Under the pieces are notes generated by a model. The model did not search any database. It was not told where the DNA came from and saw nothing but the letters and a program-made list of their open reading frames with translations. 64,000 nt of DNA from an uncultured Kiritimatiellota bacterium (lineage in GTDB: Bacteria; Verrucomicrobiota; Kiritimatiellia; RFP12; DVOR01). Where the stretch lies: positions 11,372 through 75,371 of the forward strand of contig CALXMW010000007.1 in NCBI GenBank assembly GCA_944389585.1, given 5' to 3'. The position numbers and the translations under genes were made by a program. Shown piece after piece: positions 16,491-25,787 of the stretch (position 1 is the stretch's first letter; every line of letters begins with the position of its first letter).

Positions 16491-18746
16491 TCAGTTCTCG
16501 CCTTTCGTATGATACCTTCCGCCGACCTTCCGGCGCTCAACCTCTTTGTCGCTCAATTCCCCATAGTCCGTGATCAGCAGGCGGCCGGTGCGGTGTTTGG
16601 TGAGCACGGCGACGGAATTGCCGTGGATGAGGTAGAGCTTGGAGCGGGAGCGGTCGTGCTTGTAGGCCTCGCCTTCTTGGAGGGTGTCGACGAGGGTGTC
16701 CTTGGCCTTGGGGTGTTTGGCGAGGATGTGGGCGAGGCCATGGCCGCCGGCGAAGGCGTTGTCTTTGTTGCCGGGCTCGCCGTAGTCGATACCAATCCAG
16801 CCGGTGTCTTGGCGGTAAAGGGCTTTGGGCACGGAGCCTCCGCGCTTGGCCATGAGGTGGGTGACGACGCTGCGGGCACGCGCGGCGTTGGCCTTGGGGT
16901 CGGCGGCAAGCTTGGTCTCATCGAAGGTGCCGTGGGCGTCGCGCTTGGAGGGTGTCTCACCTTCGCGTTGGTGGGTGCCGGGGTGATTGGTCTCGGAGAA
17001 CTTGCCGTTTTCGTCGCGCTTGTATTCCCGGGGGGCGCGGTTGGAGGCGGCTGTCGCCGCCGGTGAATCGTAAATCGTGAATCGCGAATCGTCTCGGGGT
17101 GGGGCTTCGCCCCACGCCCCTTCGGTTTGCCTGTCGCGGGACGCGGCACGATTCGCGATTCGCGATTCACCATTCGCGCTTTCCGCGGCGAAGGTGTCGT
17201 CGAGGAGGGTGCGGATCTGGGCGGCGAGGGCGGGGTCTTCGGGGAGAAGCTCGGGGAGGCGCGCGGCGAGGGCGCGGGCGGCCTCGGGGGAGGGGTCGGA
17301 GAGGAGGCTTTGCAGGGCCTCGGCAAGGGGAGCGCAGTCGCTTTGCAATGCCTCTGCGAGGGCGGCGACCTGCGTCGCCGGAGAATCGTGAATCGTGAAT
17401 CGCGAATCGTCTCGGGGTGGGGCTTTGCCCCACGCCCCTTCGGTCTGACCGTCGCGGGACGCGGCACGATTCGCGATTAGCGATTCACGATTCGCGAAGG
17501 GGAGCGCGCCGAAGGCGGGCACCCCGCCCGCTCCCGCGGGCTCCAGCGCATACCCGGTGCGTTCCTGGAGCTCGGCCTGGGTGACGCGGTAGCCGGCCTG
17601 GACGGCTTTGGCGGCGAGGTCGAAGACCTCGGCGGGGCCGGGGGCGGGCTCGGTCTCGAAGTCGAAGGCGGCGAGGTGGGGGCGGCCGGGGAAGGCGCGG
17701 TCGAGGAGGGTGTCGGTGACGGTGCGGTTGAGGGCGGTGGCGACGGCGGCGGCGTCGCGGCGGACGATGGTGCGCCAGGTCTCCTCGTGGGCGTCGGTGG
17801 CGCCCTGGCCGATGCCGGTGGCGCCGGTGAGGGAGGTGAGCATGCCGCCGGTGGCCATGAGGACGATGAGGCGCTGCTGGTGATCGAGGAAGGCGGTGAA
17901 GGGGTCGGTGCCGCGGGCCTCGTGGGCGTAGGAGACGAGGGAGCCGGCGGGGAGGGCGCCGGAGCCGCCATCGGCGACCTGGGTGGCGGCGGCACAGTAG
18001 TCGGAGACGCGGGCGGGGTCCATGTCGGGCGGCATGGTGATGATGACGGGGGGGATGCCGTAGCGCTCGAGGAAGCGGCCCCAGGCCTTTTCGCCTAGTG
18101 CGTTGCGCAGGAAGATGGGCATGGCGGGATAGTCGATGTGGCGGGTGCGCAACAGGGTGACGATCTCGCCTTCGGGGACGGGGTCGAGGCTGCCGAAGTC
18201 GAGGGTCTCGTCGGCGGAGGGGTTCCAGTGCCAGAGGCCGGTGACGAGGTCGCGGCAGAGGTTCCAGGCGTTGAGGAGCTCGAAGCCGGCGAGGCCCAGG
18301 CCGTCGTCGCTCCAGAGGGGACGGACGTGGGCGTGGCCGCGGAAGAAGGCGGAGGCGAGGCGCTCGATGGCGGGGAAGAGGTTGCGCTCCTCGGCCTGGC
18401 CGTAGACCTGCTCAAGGAAGGCGGCCTGCTCGTCGGCCAAGGCTTGGTCGAAGCCTTTGGCGCGGGCGGCGGCCTTGGGGCGGATGGTCCAATCGAGGTC
18501 GACCAGCGCGGAGGCGCGGCGCTCGGCGCAGATCATGAGCGTGGGGTCGCTCTGCTCGAGGTTCTCGTAGATCCACTGGAGGCGGACGTCGTTGCCGCGG
18601 CGGGCGGCGTCGAAGATCATCTGGGCGCGGCGGATGGTGAGCCCGCGCAGGGGGTTGTAGCTCTCGAGGAAGGCGTTGGCCTCGCGGTCGTGGCGGGTAC
18701 GCACCGCGGTGGGCAGGACGACGGGTCTGGCGGGTTTGGTTTTCAT
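16491..18746 (-). CDS. Mu gp29-like portal (DUF935) with C-terminal extension and PBECR-like domain
   Basis: WGRFLERYGIP portal motif in the first ~410 aa. Tail carries RDENGKF and GGHGLAHILAKH. Follows the terminase. Confidence 0.85.
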   Translation of the reverse strand: MKTKPARPVVLPTAVRTRHDREANAFLESYNPLRGLTIRRAQMIFDAARRGNDVRLQWIYENLEQSDPTLMICAERRASALVDLDWTIRPKAAARAKGFDQALADEQAAFLEQVYGQAEERNLFPAIERLASAFFRGHAHVRPLWSDDGLGLAGFELLNAWNLCRDLVTGLWHWNPSADETLDFGSLDPVPEGEIVTLLRTRHIDYPAMPIFLRNALGEKAWGRFLERYGIPPVIITMPPDMDPARVSDYCAAATQVADGGSGALPAGSLVSYAHEARGTDPFTAFLDHQQRLIVLMATGGMLTSLTGATGIGQGATDAHEETWRTIVRRDAAAVATALNRTVTDTLLDRAFPGRPHLAAFDFETEPAPGPAEVFDLAAKAVQAGYRVTQAELQERTGYALEPAGAGGVPAFGALPFANRESLIANRAASRDGQTEGAWGKAPPRDDSRFTIHDSPATQVAALAEALQSDCAPLAEALQSLLSDPSPEAARALAARLPELLPEDPALAAQIRTLLDDTFAAESANGESRIANRAASRDRQTEGAWGEAPPRDDSRFTIYDSPAATAASNRAPREYKRDENGKFSETNHPGTHQREGETPSKRDAHGTFDETKLAADPKANAARARSVVTHLMAKRGGSVPKALYRQDTGWIGIDYGEPGNKDNAFAGGHGLAHILAKHPKAKDTLVDTLQEGEAYKHDRSRSKLYLIHGNSVAVLTKHRTGRLLITDYGELSDKEVERRKVGGRYHTKGEN

Positions 18747-20023
18747 AGGTCTTCAAGGCTCCCACGGAAACGGAAGGGACGGGGCAGGAAGTCGCAGCCG
18801 CGGCGCTCGGCGGCGTGGATGAGGAGGGCGAGGGCGGAGGTGCGGTCGCTGTGGCCGTCCTCGGAGCGGGGGGCGGCGTAGGTGACGGTGCCGCCGGCGC
18901 TGACGTTGCGCTGGACGGCGTGGAGGTCCTCGCGCAGGTCGCGGTCGGCGGGGATGCGCAGCGCCTTGTCCTCGAAGCGGCGGCGGAGGGCGGCATAGAG
19001 CTCGCCCTTGCTCTTGGCGGTGAAGGTGACGGGCTCGACGCGCCCGCCGAGGCGGCGACGGGCCTCCTCGGCCAGCATGGCGCCGATGCCGGTGGCGTCC
19101 ACCGCGATGCGCCGCACGCGCGGGTCCGCGCCGATGGCGCAAAGGCATTGCAACTGCTCGGCAAAGGGTTTGCGGCGGAGCGTCTCGACCCGCACCAGGT
19201 GCAGGACGCCGGCCACCAGCGCGCCGACCATGATGACGGAGAGGTCTTTGCTCCGGCCCACGTCCATGCCCACATAGAGCGGCGCGTCGCCGGGCGCGGG
19301 CCGGATGGCGGGTACCTCGCAGGCGGAGATGAGGTCGTAGGGCAGGAGGACGGAGGAGGAATCGATGAACTCGCAGAGATACTCCTGCGCCCAGATGTCG
19401 GGGTCGTCGACGCCGGCGCGGAGCTCGTCGAGGTCGACGGGCAGCCCCTGTGCCTTGGCGTCGATGATGGTGACCTTGTGCTTGGAATAGGCGGGGTTCT
19501 TGAACCAAAGGTCGGCGAACTTGTTGCCCATGCCCTTGGGGGTGGAGACGACGCGGAGGAGTTTGCGGCCGTTGAGGGGGTTGGTGATGGAGGGGTAGAT
19601 GGCGGCCCAGATGTCCCAGGGCTTCTCGTGGATGGCGAACTCGTCAAGCACGAGGTTGGCGGAGTAGCCGCGGGCGGTGTCGGGGTTGGCCGGGATGGCG
19701 AGGATGCGGCTTTTGTTGGCGAAGGCGATCTCGGCGCGGGTCATGAGGGCCTGGCCTTGGCGGAGCTCGTCGTAGGCCTCGATGGCGAGCTTGACGGCCT
19801 CGGCCCATTGGCGGGCTTTGCGCATCCATTCGATGGCCTGGCGCTCGCCGGCGGAGAGCACCACCCACAGCGCGCCGGGGTGCAGCAGGCAGTGCAGGAC
19901 GGCCTCGCACGCGGTGGAGAAGCTCTTGCCCGTCTGGCGGCTCCAAAGCCCGATCTTGAAGCGGGCGGGGTCCTCGACCCAGGCGCGTTGATAGGGCAGG
20001 AGGATTTCGTCAAGCAACTTCAT
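18743..20023 (-). CDS. Terminase large subunit (Mu gp28-like)
   Basis: LLPYQ, SRQTGKS, LVLDEFA, VSTPKG, QEYLCEF, GMDVGR, DATGIG and HSD motifs. Confidence 0.93.
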   Translation of the reverse strand: MKLLDEILLPYQRAWVEDPARFKIGLWSRQTGKSFSTACEAVLHCLLHPGALWVVLSAGERQAIEWMRKARQWAEAVKLAIEAYDELRQGQALMTRAEIAFANKSRILAIPANPDTARGYSANLVLDEFAIHEKPWDIWAAIYPSITNPLNGRKLLRVVSTPKGMGNKFADLWFKNPAYSKHKVTIIDAKAQGLPVDLDELRAGVDDPDIWAQEYLCEFIDSSSVLLPYDLISACEVPAIRPAPGDAPLYVGMDVGRSKDLSVIMVGALVAGVLHLVRVETLRRKPFAEQLQCLCAIGADPRVRRIAVDATGIGAMLAEEARRRLGGRVEPVTFTAKSKGELYAALRRRFEDKALRIPADRDLREDLHAVQRNVSAGGTVTYAAPRSEDGHSDRTSALALLIHAAERRGCDFLPRPFRFRGSLEDL

Positions 20024-20577
20024 GGCAGGCCGAAGATGGTTTTGATGCGCGCGAGGCGCTCGGTCTCGGAAAGGGTCTCGTCGGCGGCGACGCCGGTGGC
20101 GTCGGCCAGGCGTTTCTCGGCGGCCTCGAAGCGTTCGCGCCTGAGGGCGAGTTCTTGCCGCTGGAGGTCGAGGCGCTCGGCCTGTTGGCGCTGTTCGGCC
20201 AGGCGCAGGCTGGCGGCGTTGATCTTCACCGCGGCCTCGACGATCTTGGCGGCGCGGTCGGGGTCGCCGGAGAGGATGGCGTCGTTGGCCAGGGCGAGGT
20301 AGGCGTCGGCCGTGCGGGCGTCGAGCGCGGCGTAGTCGGAGAGGCCTTTGAGCTCCTGACGGGCGGCGATGGCGCGTTCCAGGCGGTGGGTGCCCTCCTG
20401 CCGGCGCATCCACGCCTGCCACTCGTAGATGGCCGTCTTGCCGACGGTCAGGCCGTATTCCTCGGCGAGCCAGGCGGCGAAGGTGGGCCACGGGACGCCC
20501 TTGGAGCGCTCGTAGGCCTCCCAGCGCTGGGCCTCGGTCAGCGGCGTGTCCCAGGCGTCGTTGCGGCGTTTCTTCAT
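20020..20577 (-). CDS. Putative terminase small subunit (Mu gp27/DUF3486-like)
   Basis: N-terminal HTH and coiled coil, translationally coupled upstream of the large subunit. Confidence 0.65.
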   Translation of the reverse strand: MKKRRNDAWDTPLTEAQRWEAYERSKGVPWPTFAAWLAEEYGLTVGKTAIYEWQAWMRRQEGTHRLERAIAARQELKGLSDYAALDARTADAYLALANDAILSGDPDRAAKIVEAAVKINAASLRLAEQRQQAERLDLQRQELALRRERFEAAEKRLADATGVAADETLSETERLARIKTIFGLP

Positions 20578-20912
20578 GGCACGAGCCTCCCGATTGCGGT
20601 GTCGAGCTTGCCCTCGATGCGGGTGAGGGACTGGTTGATGTGCGGCATTTGGCCCTTGAGCTCGGCGACGTCCTTCTCGGTGGTGGTCAGGCGCATGGAG
20701 ATGTTGGCGACGGCCTTGGCGTTCTCGGCCACCTGTTCCTCGAGGTTCTTGCGGAGCAGGGTGCAACTGTCGGGGGCCACCTCCACGCGGTTGGGTTCCA
20801 GTTTCACCTCGCGTTTGCGGCCCATGAAGTAACCGCCGCCGCCCGTGACCAAGAGGCCGATGACCCACAGCAACGCCTGGGTGCCCTCGCTCATGCCGCC
20901 CGTGTCAATCAT
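20574..20912 (-). CDS. TM plus coiled-coil protein (Mu gp25-like or holin-like)
   Basis: LLWVIGLLVTGGGGYF TM segment and LTRIEGKLD coil, coupled to neighbours. Confidence 0.55.
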   Translation of the reverse strand: MIDTGGMSEGTQALLWVIGLLVTGGGGYFMGRKREVKLEPNRVEVAPDSCTLLRKNLEEQVAENAKAVANISMRLTTTEKDVAELKGQMPHINQSLTRIEGKLDTAIGRLVP

Positions 20913-21166
20913 AACGCCCCCAAGGCCAGGCGGCCGCGTTCCGTGATCGTAAAGCGCGGGACGTCCGTCAGCGGGTCCTCAAAACGCTCCGCCAAATCTT
21001 TCGCCAGCAACGTGTGCAACAACGCGCGCCGCTCAAGCGACGACAGCAACATCTCGGAAAACGTCCCCGCCTGCTCGGCCAAGGCACCCTCCGACAAACC
21101 CGCCCCGCCGGCGCCAACAAGCGCCCGCAAAGCACCCTTCACAATTGTGGTCTCTCTCGGCGTCAT
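20909..21166 (-). CDS. Small winged-helix-like protein (Mu gp26-like)
   Basis: AAAGGAG RBS, C-terminal FTITERGR, first gene of the packaging operon. Confidence 0.55.
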   Translation of the reverse strand: MTPRETTIVKGALRALVGAGGAGLSEGALAEQAGTFSEMLLSSLERRALLHTLLAKDLAERFEDPLTDVPRFTITERGRLALGAL

Positions 21167-21380
21167 CCGACACTCCTTTCCTGAATGACGCCAGTATCCC
21201 ACCTTCCCCCGCCCCCGCCAAGGCCAACTCCCGCAACTCCCGCAACTTTCTCAAATCTTTGATAAACGCCCCATTTCCCGCCTTCCCATTCTCATTTCCC
21301 CCTCCGCCCCAAAATCCCCACAAGTCCTTCCAATTCCGCCCTCTTCCGCCCTCTTCCCCATTCTCGCCGCCCTTGAACTA

Positions 21381-21716
21381 GGCCAGGGTAATCATGTGGT
21401 CACCATCACGGGTTCTTGGAACTCGGGCGCTAGGCGTTGGGATGTCGAAATGACGATTGACGGGAATCCCGTTGCGTGGAGCCAAAACGAGGGCCAACAG
21501 CAGATTCGCCCTGAAAGCAACGCGCTTACGCTGACCTTCCATTCCCAGGAGAATGCTTGGTCGCTCAAGGAAGTCGCTGTTTATGACGGCTTGCTTTCTC
21601 AGGAGCAGATTGATTATCTCAGCGAAAAAGAGGTTGCCGTCCTCCCCGAGCCGACGGCGTTGGCGCTGCTCGCCCTGGGCGTGGCCGGCGTGGCCCTCCG
21701 CCGCCGCGCGGCCTAA
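21381..21716 (+). pseudogene. 5'-truncated PEP-CTERM protein gene
   Basis: Ends PEPTALALLALGVAGVALRRRAA but has no RBS or signal peptide. Matches only the C-terminal half of paralog 49980-50651. Confidence 0.75.
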
Positions 21717-21730
21717 GCGCCTTGCCCAAA

Positions 21731-21769
21731 GACAAAGAAGCCCCCGGAGCCCCGGGGGCTTCTTTGTCT
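21731..21769. terminator. Bidirectional intrinsic terminator
   Basis: GACAAAGAAGCCCCCGG...CCGGGGGCTTCTTTGTC between convergent genes. Confidence 0.8.
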
Positions 21770-21779
21770 TTGGCGCGGG

Positions 21780-22475
21780 TCAGAGCCAGTCGGCGGGGCG
21801 CGAGTCGTCGCGGACTTGGTAGCCTTGGGCGGGGCGGAGGCGGTGCCCGCGGAGGCGCTTGATGAGGGTGAAGAAGGCCGGGTCGGCGTCTTTGGCCTGG
21901 GCGAGCAGGCGGAAGGCCTGGCGGTCGCTGATGCGGTGGCGTTTGGCGAGGGCGGCGACGGGGATGGGGCGATTGGGGCGCTTGGGGTCGGGGAGGTGGG
22001 CCCAGTCTTGGACGAGGCGGCGGTCGCGCTCGGGGAGGGCGCCTAGGCGTTGGTCGAAGGCGGCGGTGAGGGTGTCCTGGCGGGTGGCGAGGGAGTCTAG
22101 GCGGCGCTGGGCGTCGTGTGCGGCGGCGTTGGGGTGGGCGCGGCAGGCGGGCTCCTGTCCGCAGGGGCAGGGGGCGCCCGGGGCGAGGGGGCGGACGGGG
22201 CGGCCCCAGGCTTCCTCGGCCCGGCGGGCCCAGGCGCGGAGGTCGCGGGGCTCGGGGGCGAGCCAGGGGCCCGGCGCGCCGGGGGCGAGGAGGAGGCAGC
22301 GCGCGGGGGCGTCGGGGCCGAGGGCGGCGACGGCGCGGAGGACGTCCGCGAGCCCCCGGGGGCGGAGGGCGGCGGGGTCTTCGCCTTCGGGGGCGTAGGG
22401 GCAGGGGTGGGGGACGAGGCGCGGGGGCGGGCCGGGGTCGTCGGGGCGGTCGATGAGGTAGGGTTCGTCTTCCAT
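21780..22475 (-). CDS. Hypothetical protein with C-terminal HTH
   Basis: 231 aa, IPVAALAKRHRISDRQAFRLL HTH-like segment. Confidence 0.55.
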   Translation of the reverse strand: MEDEPYLIDRPDDPGPPPRLVPHPCPYAPEGEDPAALRPRGLADVLRAVAALGPDAPARCLLLAPGAPGPWLAPEPRDLRAWARRAEEAWGRPVRPLAPGAPCPCGQEPACRAHPNAAAHDAQRRLDSLATRQDTLTAAFDQRLGALPERDRRLVQDWAHLPDPKRPNRPIPVAALAKRHRISDRQAFRLLAQAKDADPAFFTLIKRLRGHRLRPAQGYQVRDDSRPADWL

Positions 22476-22481
22476 GGCGCT

Positions 22482-23240
22482 TCAGCAGGCGTGGTCGATG
22501 AGGGCGGCGAGGGCGGAGAGGGTGTGGGGGCTGAGGGCGGCGAGGAGGTCGCCGCCGCGGTGGAGCTCGGCGACGAAGGCGGCGCCGGGTTTGGCGCCCG
22601 GGGGGCGGATGAGGAGGGTGAGGCGCTGGAGGCGCTCGGGCCAGGGCTCGGCGGCGTCGAAGCCGTCGCCGTCCCAGCGGAGCTCGCCGCGGGCGCCGCC
22701 GAGGCCGGGCTCGCGCCAGGCGAGGGCTTTGAGGCGGAGCTCGGCCCAGGGGGCGTTGGGTGCGCCGGGGCGGCGGTCTTGGGGGGAGAGGAGGCGGAGG
22801 CGGTCGGGGTCGAGGGGGAGGGTTTGGAAGGGGGCGGCGGGGCGGCGCCCGGGGAAGAGGGTGCCGTTGAGGGCGGCGAGGAAGGCGGGGAGGGCGTCTT
22901 GGCGGGGGGTGGCGGCGTAGAGGAGGCCGTGGCGCCAGTCCGCGAGGAGGAGGGCGGCGGCGCGCGGGGTGAAGCGGATGGTGCCGGGGCGGCCGTGCTC
23001 GTAGGTGGCGGCGCGTTTGGGGCGGGGGGCGGCGTGGAGGAAGGCGCAGAGCCAGGCGCCGGGGGCGGTGGGGCGGATGATGGGGTGGAGGTCCGGGGTG
23101 AGGGCGTCGCGGATGGCGGCGGTGAGGCGGGCCTGCCCGGCGGGGGCCTCGGGGGGTTGGAAGGCATCGGGGAGGGCGAGGCAGCGGTAACGGCGGCGGG
23201 GGCGCATGAGGATGCGGGGAAGGGCGGGGTCTTCGGGCAT
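22482..23240 (-). CDS. Hypothetical protein
   Basis: MPEDPALP..., AGGAG RBS and upstream TGcTACAAT. This is the real 3' part of the 1103-aa shadow ORF. Confidence 0.6.
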   Translation of the reverse strand: MPEDPALPRILMRPRRRYRCLALPDAFQPPEAPAGQARLTAAIRDALTPDLHPIIRPTAPGAWLCAFLHAAPRPKRAATYEHGRPGTIRFTPRAAALLLADWRHGLLYAATPRQDALPAFLAALNGTLFPGRRPAAPFQTLPLDPDRLRLLSPQDRRPGAPNAPWAELRLKALAWREPGLGGARGELRWDGDGFDAAEPWPERLQRLTLLIRPPGAKPGAAFVAELHRGGDLLAALSPHTLSALAALIDHAC

Positions 23241-23380
23241 GGCGGTGTCTCCTGGGTAAGCTTCCGTGCGGGTGGTTCGGGGGCATTGTAGCACATCCTG
23301 GGTCGGGGCGCTTTTGCGGCGTATGTTGTGCCAATGGCGCATGGGGGGCACAATATTTTGTGTCCCGTGGTGGGGCGGGC

Positions 23381-23410
23381 TTGACAGGCGCAAATTGTAT
23401 TTGGTACAGT
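23381..23410 (+). promoter_or_regulatory. Sigma70-type promoter of pflB
   Basis: TTGACA-18 nt-TACAGT with a TG extension. Confidence 0.55.
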
Positions 23411-23489
23411 TTGGGCACTTTCTCGGCTGATTGCGGCGGGGTTCCGCCGGGGCCGGGAGCAGATTGGAAACACGGCAAAGGAGGGCATC

Positions 23490-25727
23490 ATGGCCCAGTA
23501 TCCTGAGTTCAAGCCCGGCAAGTGGCAGGACGCGATCGACGTCCGCGATTTCATTCAGACGAACTACACGCCCTATGAGGGGGATGCGTCGTTCCTCGTG
23601 GGGCCGACGGCGCGCACCGTGAAGGTGAACGCCGAATACGAGCGCCTCCACAAGGAGGAGTTCGAGAAGGGCGGCGTGCTGGACGTGGACGTGGAGAACG
23701 CCTCGAGCCTGCTGAACCACGCGCCCGGCTACCTGGACAAGGAGAACGAGATCGTCGTCGGCCTGCAGACCGACGCGCCGCTGAAGCGCTCCGTGAACCC
23801 CTTCGGCGGGATGCGCATGGCCGTCCAGGCCGCCGAGGCCTACGGCTACCACATCAGCGAGAAGCTGAAGACCGAGTTCACCTACCGCACCACGCACAAC
23901 GACGGCGTCTTCCGCGCCTACACCAAAGACATGCGCGCCCTCCGCTCCGCGCACGTGCTCACCGGCCTGCCCGACGCCTACGGCCGCGGCCGCATCATCG
24001 GCGACTACCGCCGCGTGGCGCTCTACGGCGTCGACCGCCTCATCGCGGAGAAGCAGAAAGACCTCGACCAAATCGGCACCGCCCCCGACGCGGTGATGGA
24101 CGACGAGACCATCCGCCTGCGCGAGGACGTCTGGCGCCAGATCGACTACCTCGGCCGCCTCAAGCAGATGGCCGCGATGTACGGCCACGACATCTCCAAG
24201 CCCGCCCAGAGCGCCCGCGAGGCCGTCCAGGCCACCTACTTCGGCTACCTGGCCGCCATCAAGGAGCAGAACGGCGCGGCCATGAGCCTGGGCCGCACCG
24301 CCACCTTCCTGGACATCTACATCGAGCGCGACCTCCAGGCCGGCGTCCTCACCGAGGAGACCGCCCAGGAGCTCATCGACGACTACGTGCTGCACCTGCG
24401 CATGAACCGCCAGCTGCGCACCCCCGAGTACAACGAGCTCTTCGCCGGCGACCCCACCTGGACCACCGAATCCCTCGGCGGCATGGGCCTCGACGGCCGC
24501 ACCCTCGTCACCAAGACCACCTTCCGCGTCCTCCACACCCTCGAAAACCTCGGCCCCGCCCCCGAGCCCAACATGACCGTCCTCTGGGCCCAAGCCCTGC
24601 CCCAAGGCTGGAAAGACTACTGCGCCCACGTCTCCATCGTCACCGACTCCGTGCAGTACGAGAACGACGACCTCATGCGCGAGCGCTTCGGCGACGACTA
24701 CGCCATCGCCTGCTGCGTCTCGGCCATGACCATCGGCAAAGACATGCAGTTCTTCGGCGCCCGCGCCAACCTCCCCAAGGCCCTTCTCCTGGCCCTCAAC
24801 GGCGGCCGCGAGGAAATCAACGGCAAACAGGTCGCCCCCAAGACCGACCTCCCGCCCGAGGGCCCGCTGGATTACGAGGACACCCTCGCCCGCTTCAAGG
24901 CCGTCCTCTCCTGGCTCGCGCACCAGTACGTGAACACCATGAACGTGATCCACTACATGCACGACAAATACGCCTACGAGAAGATCCAGATGGCCCTGCA
25001 CGACACCCACCTCGCGCACCGCTGGATGGCCTTCGGCGCGGCCGGCCTCTCCGTCGCCGCCGACTCCCTCTCCGCCATCAAGTACGCCAAGGTCACCCCC
25101 GTCCGCAACGAAGACGGCCTGACCGTCGACTTCAAGGTCGAGGGCGACTTCCCCAAGTTCGGCAACGACGACGACCGCGTCGACGCCATCGCCAAGGAAC
25201 TCGCCGAGTTCTTCTACGCCGAACTCCGCAAGACCCCCTGCTACCGCGGCGCCGAGCACACCCTCAGCCTCCTCACCATCACCTCCAACGTCATGTACGG
25301 CAAAAACACCGGCGCGACGCCCGACGGCCGCAAGGCCGGCGAACCCTTCGCCCCCGGCGCCAACCCCATGCACGGCCGCGACGCCTCCGGCGCCACCTTC
25401 TCCCTCAACTCCGTCGCCAAGCTCAACTACGACGCCTGCCGCGACGGCATCTCCAACACCTTCACCATCAACCCCTCGGCCCTCGGCAAGGACGAGCCCG
25501 AGCAGGTCGCGCACCTCACCCGCCTCATGGACGGCTACTTCGTCCAAGGCGCCCACCACCTCAACGTCAACGTCTTCAACACCGACCTCCTCCGCGACGC
25601 CCAGGCCCACCCCGACAAGTACCCCAACCTCACCATCCGCGTCTCCGGCTACGCCGTCCGCTTCGTCACCCTCTCCAAAAAACACCAAGACGAAGTCATC
25701 GCCCGCACCTGCCACAGCTGCCTGTGA
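23490..25727 (+). CDS. pflB: Formate C-acetyltransferase (pyruvate formate-lyase)
   Basis: IACCVS active-site cysteines and IRVSGY glycyl-radical motif, 745 aa. Confidence 0.97.
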   Translation: MAQYPEFKPGKWQDAIDVRDFIQTNYTPYEGDASFLVGPTARTVKVNAEYERLHKEEFEKGGVLDVDVENASSLLNHAPGYLDKENEIVVGLQTDAPLKRSVNPFGGMRMAVQAAEAYGYHISEKLKTEFTYRTTHNDGVFRAYTKDMRALRSAHVLTGLPDAYGRGRIIGDYRRVALYGVDRLIAEKQKDLDQIGTAPDAVMDDETIRLREDVWRQIDYLGRLKQMAAMYGHDISKPAQSAREAVQATYFGYLAAIKEQNGAAMSLGRTATFLDIYIERDLQAGVLTEETAQELIDDYVLHLRMNRQLRTPEYNELFAGDPTWTTESLGGMGLDGRTLVTKTTFRVLHTLENLGPAPEPNMTVLWAQALPQGWKDYCAHVSIVTDSVQYENDDLMRERFGDDYAIACCVSAMTIGKDMQFFGARANLPKALLLALNGGREEINGKQVAPKTDLPPEGPLDYEDTLARFKAVLSWLAHQYVNTMNVIHYMHDKYAYEKIQMALHDTHLAHRWMAFGAAGLSVAADSLSAIKYAKVTPVRNEDGLTVDFKVEGDFPKFGNDDDRVDAIAKELAEFFYAELRKTPCYRGAEHTLSLLTITSNVMYGKNTGATPDGRKAGEPFAPGANPMHGRDASGATFSLNSVAKLNYDACRDGISNTFTINPSALGKDEPEQVAHLTRLMDGYFVQGAHHLNVNVFNTDLLRDAQAHPDKYPNLTIRVSGYAVRFVTLSKKHQDEVIARTCHSCL

Positions 25728-25744
25728 GCCCCTGCGGCAACCCC

Positions 25745-25777
25745 AAAAAAGCCCCGCCCCCGCGGGGCCTTTTTTTG
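25745..25777 (+). terminator. Intrinsic terminator after pflB
   Basis: AAAAAAGCCCCGC...GCGGGGCCTTTTTTT. Confidence 0.75.
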
Positions 25778-25787
25778 CCCCGCCCCG

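Larger units (their letters stand above)
2374..17495. repeat. Dispersed inverted-heptamer-array cassettes
   Basis: Pairs at 2374-2515, 2978-3081, 4724-4818 (right arm vestigial), 5716-5861, 6366-6520, 7187-7681, 8708-8977, 10947-11131, 11418-11762, 17063-17177 and 17381-17495. Orphan arm at 12058-12085. Confidence 0.95.
1..21385. mobile_element. Mu-like transposable prophage (one end; continues left of window)
   Basis: Contains DDE-type transposase, MuB-like ATPase, Gam, XRE repressor and Ner-like HTH, Mu I-like protease, capsid, gp36-like, gp29-like portal and terminase. Right boundary is approximate, placed where a 5'-truncated PEP-CTERM gene begins. Confidence 0.93.
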
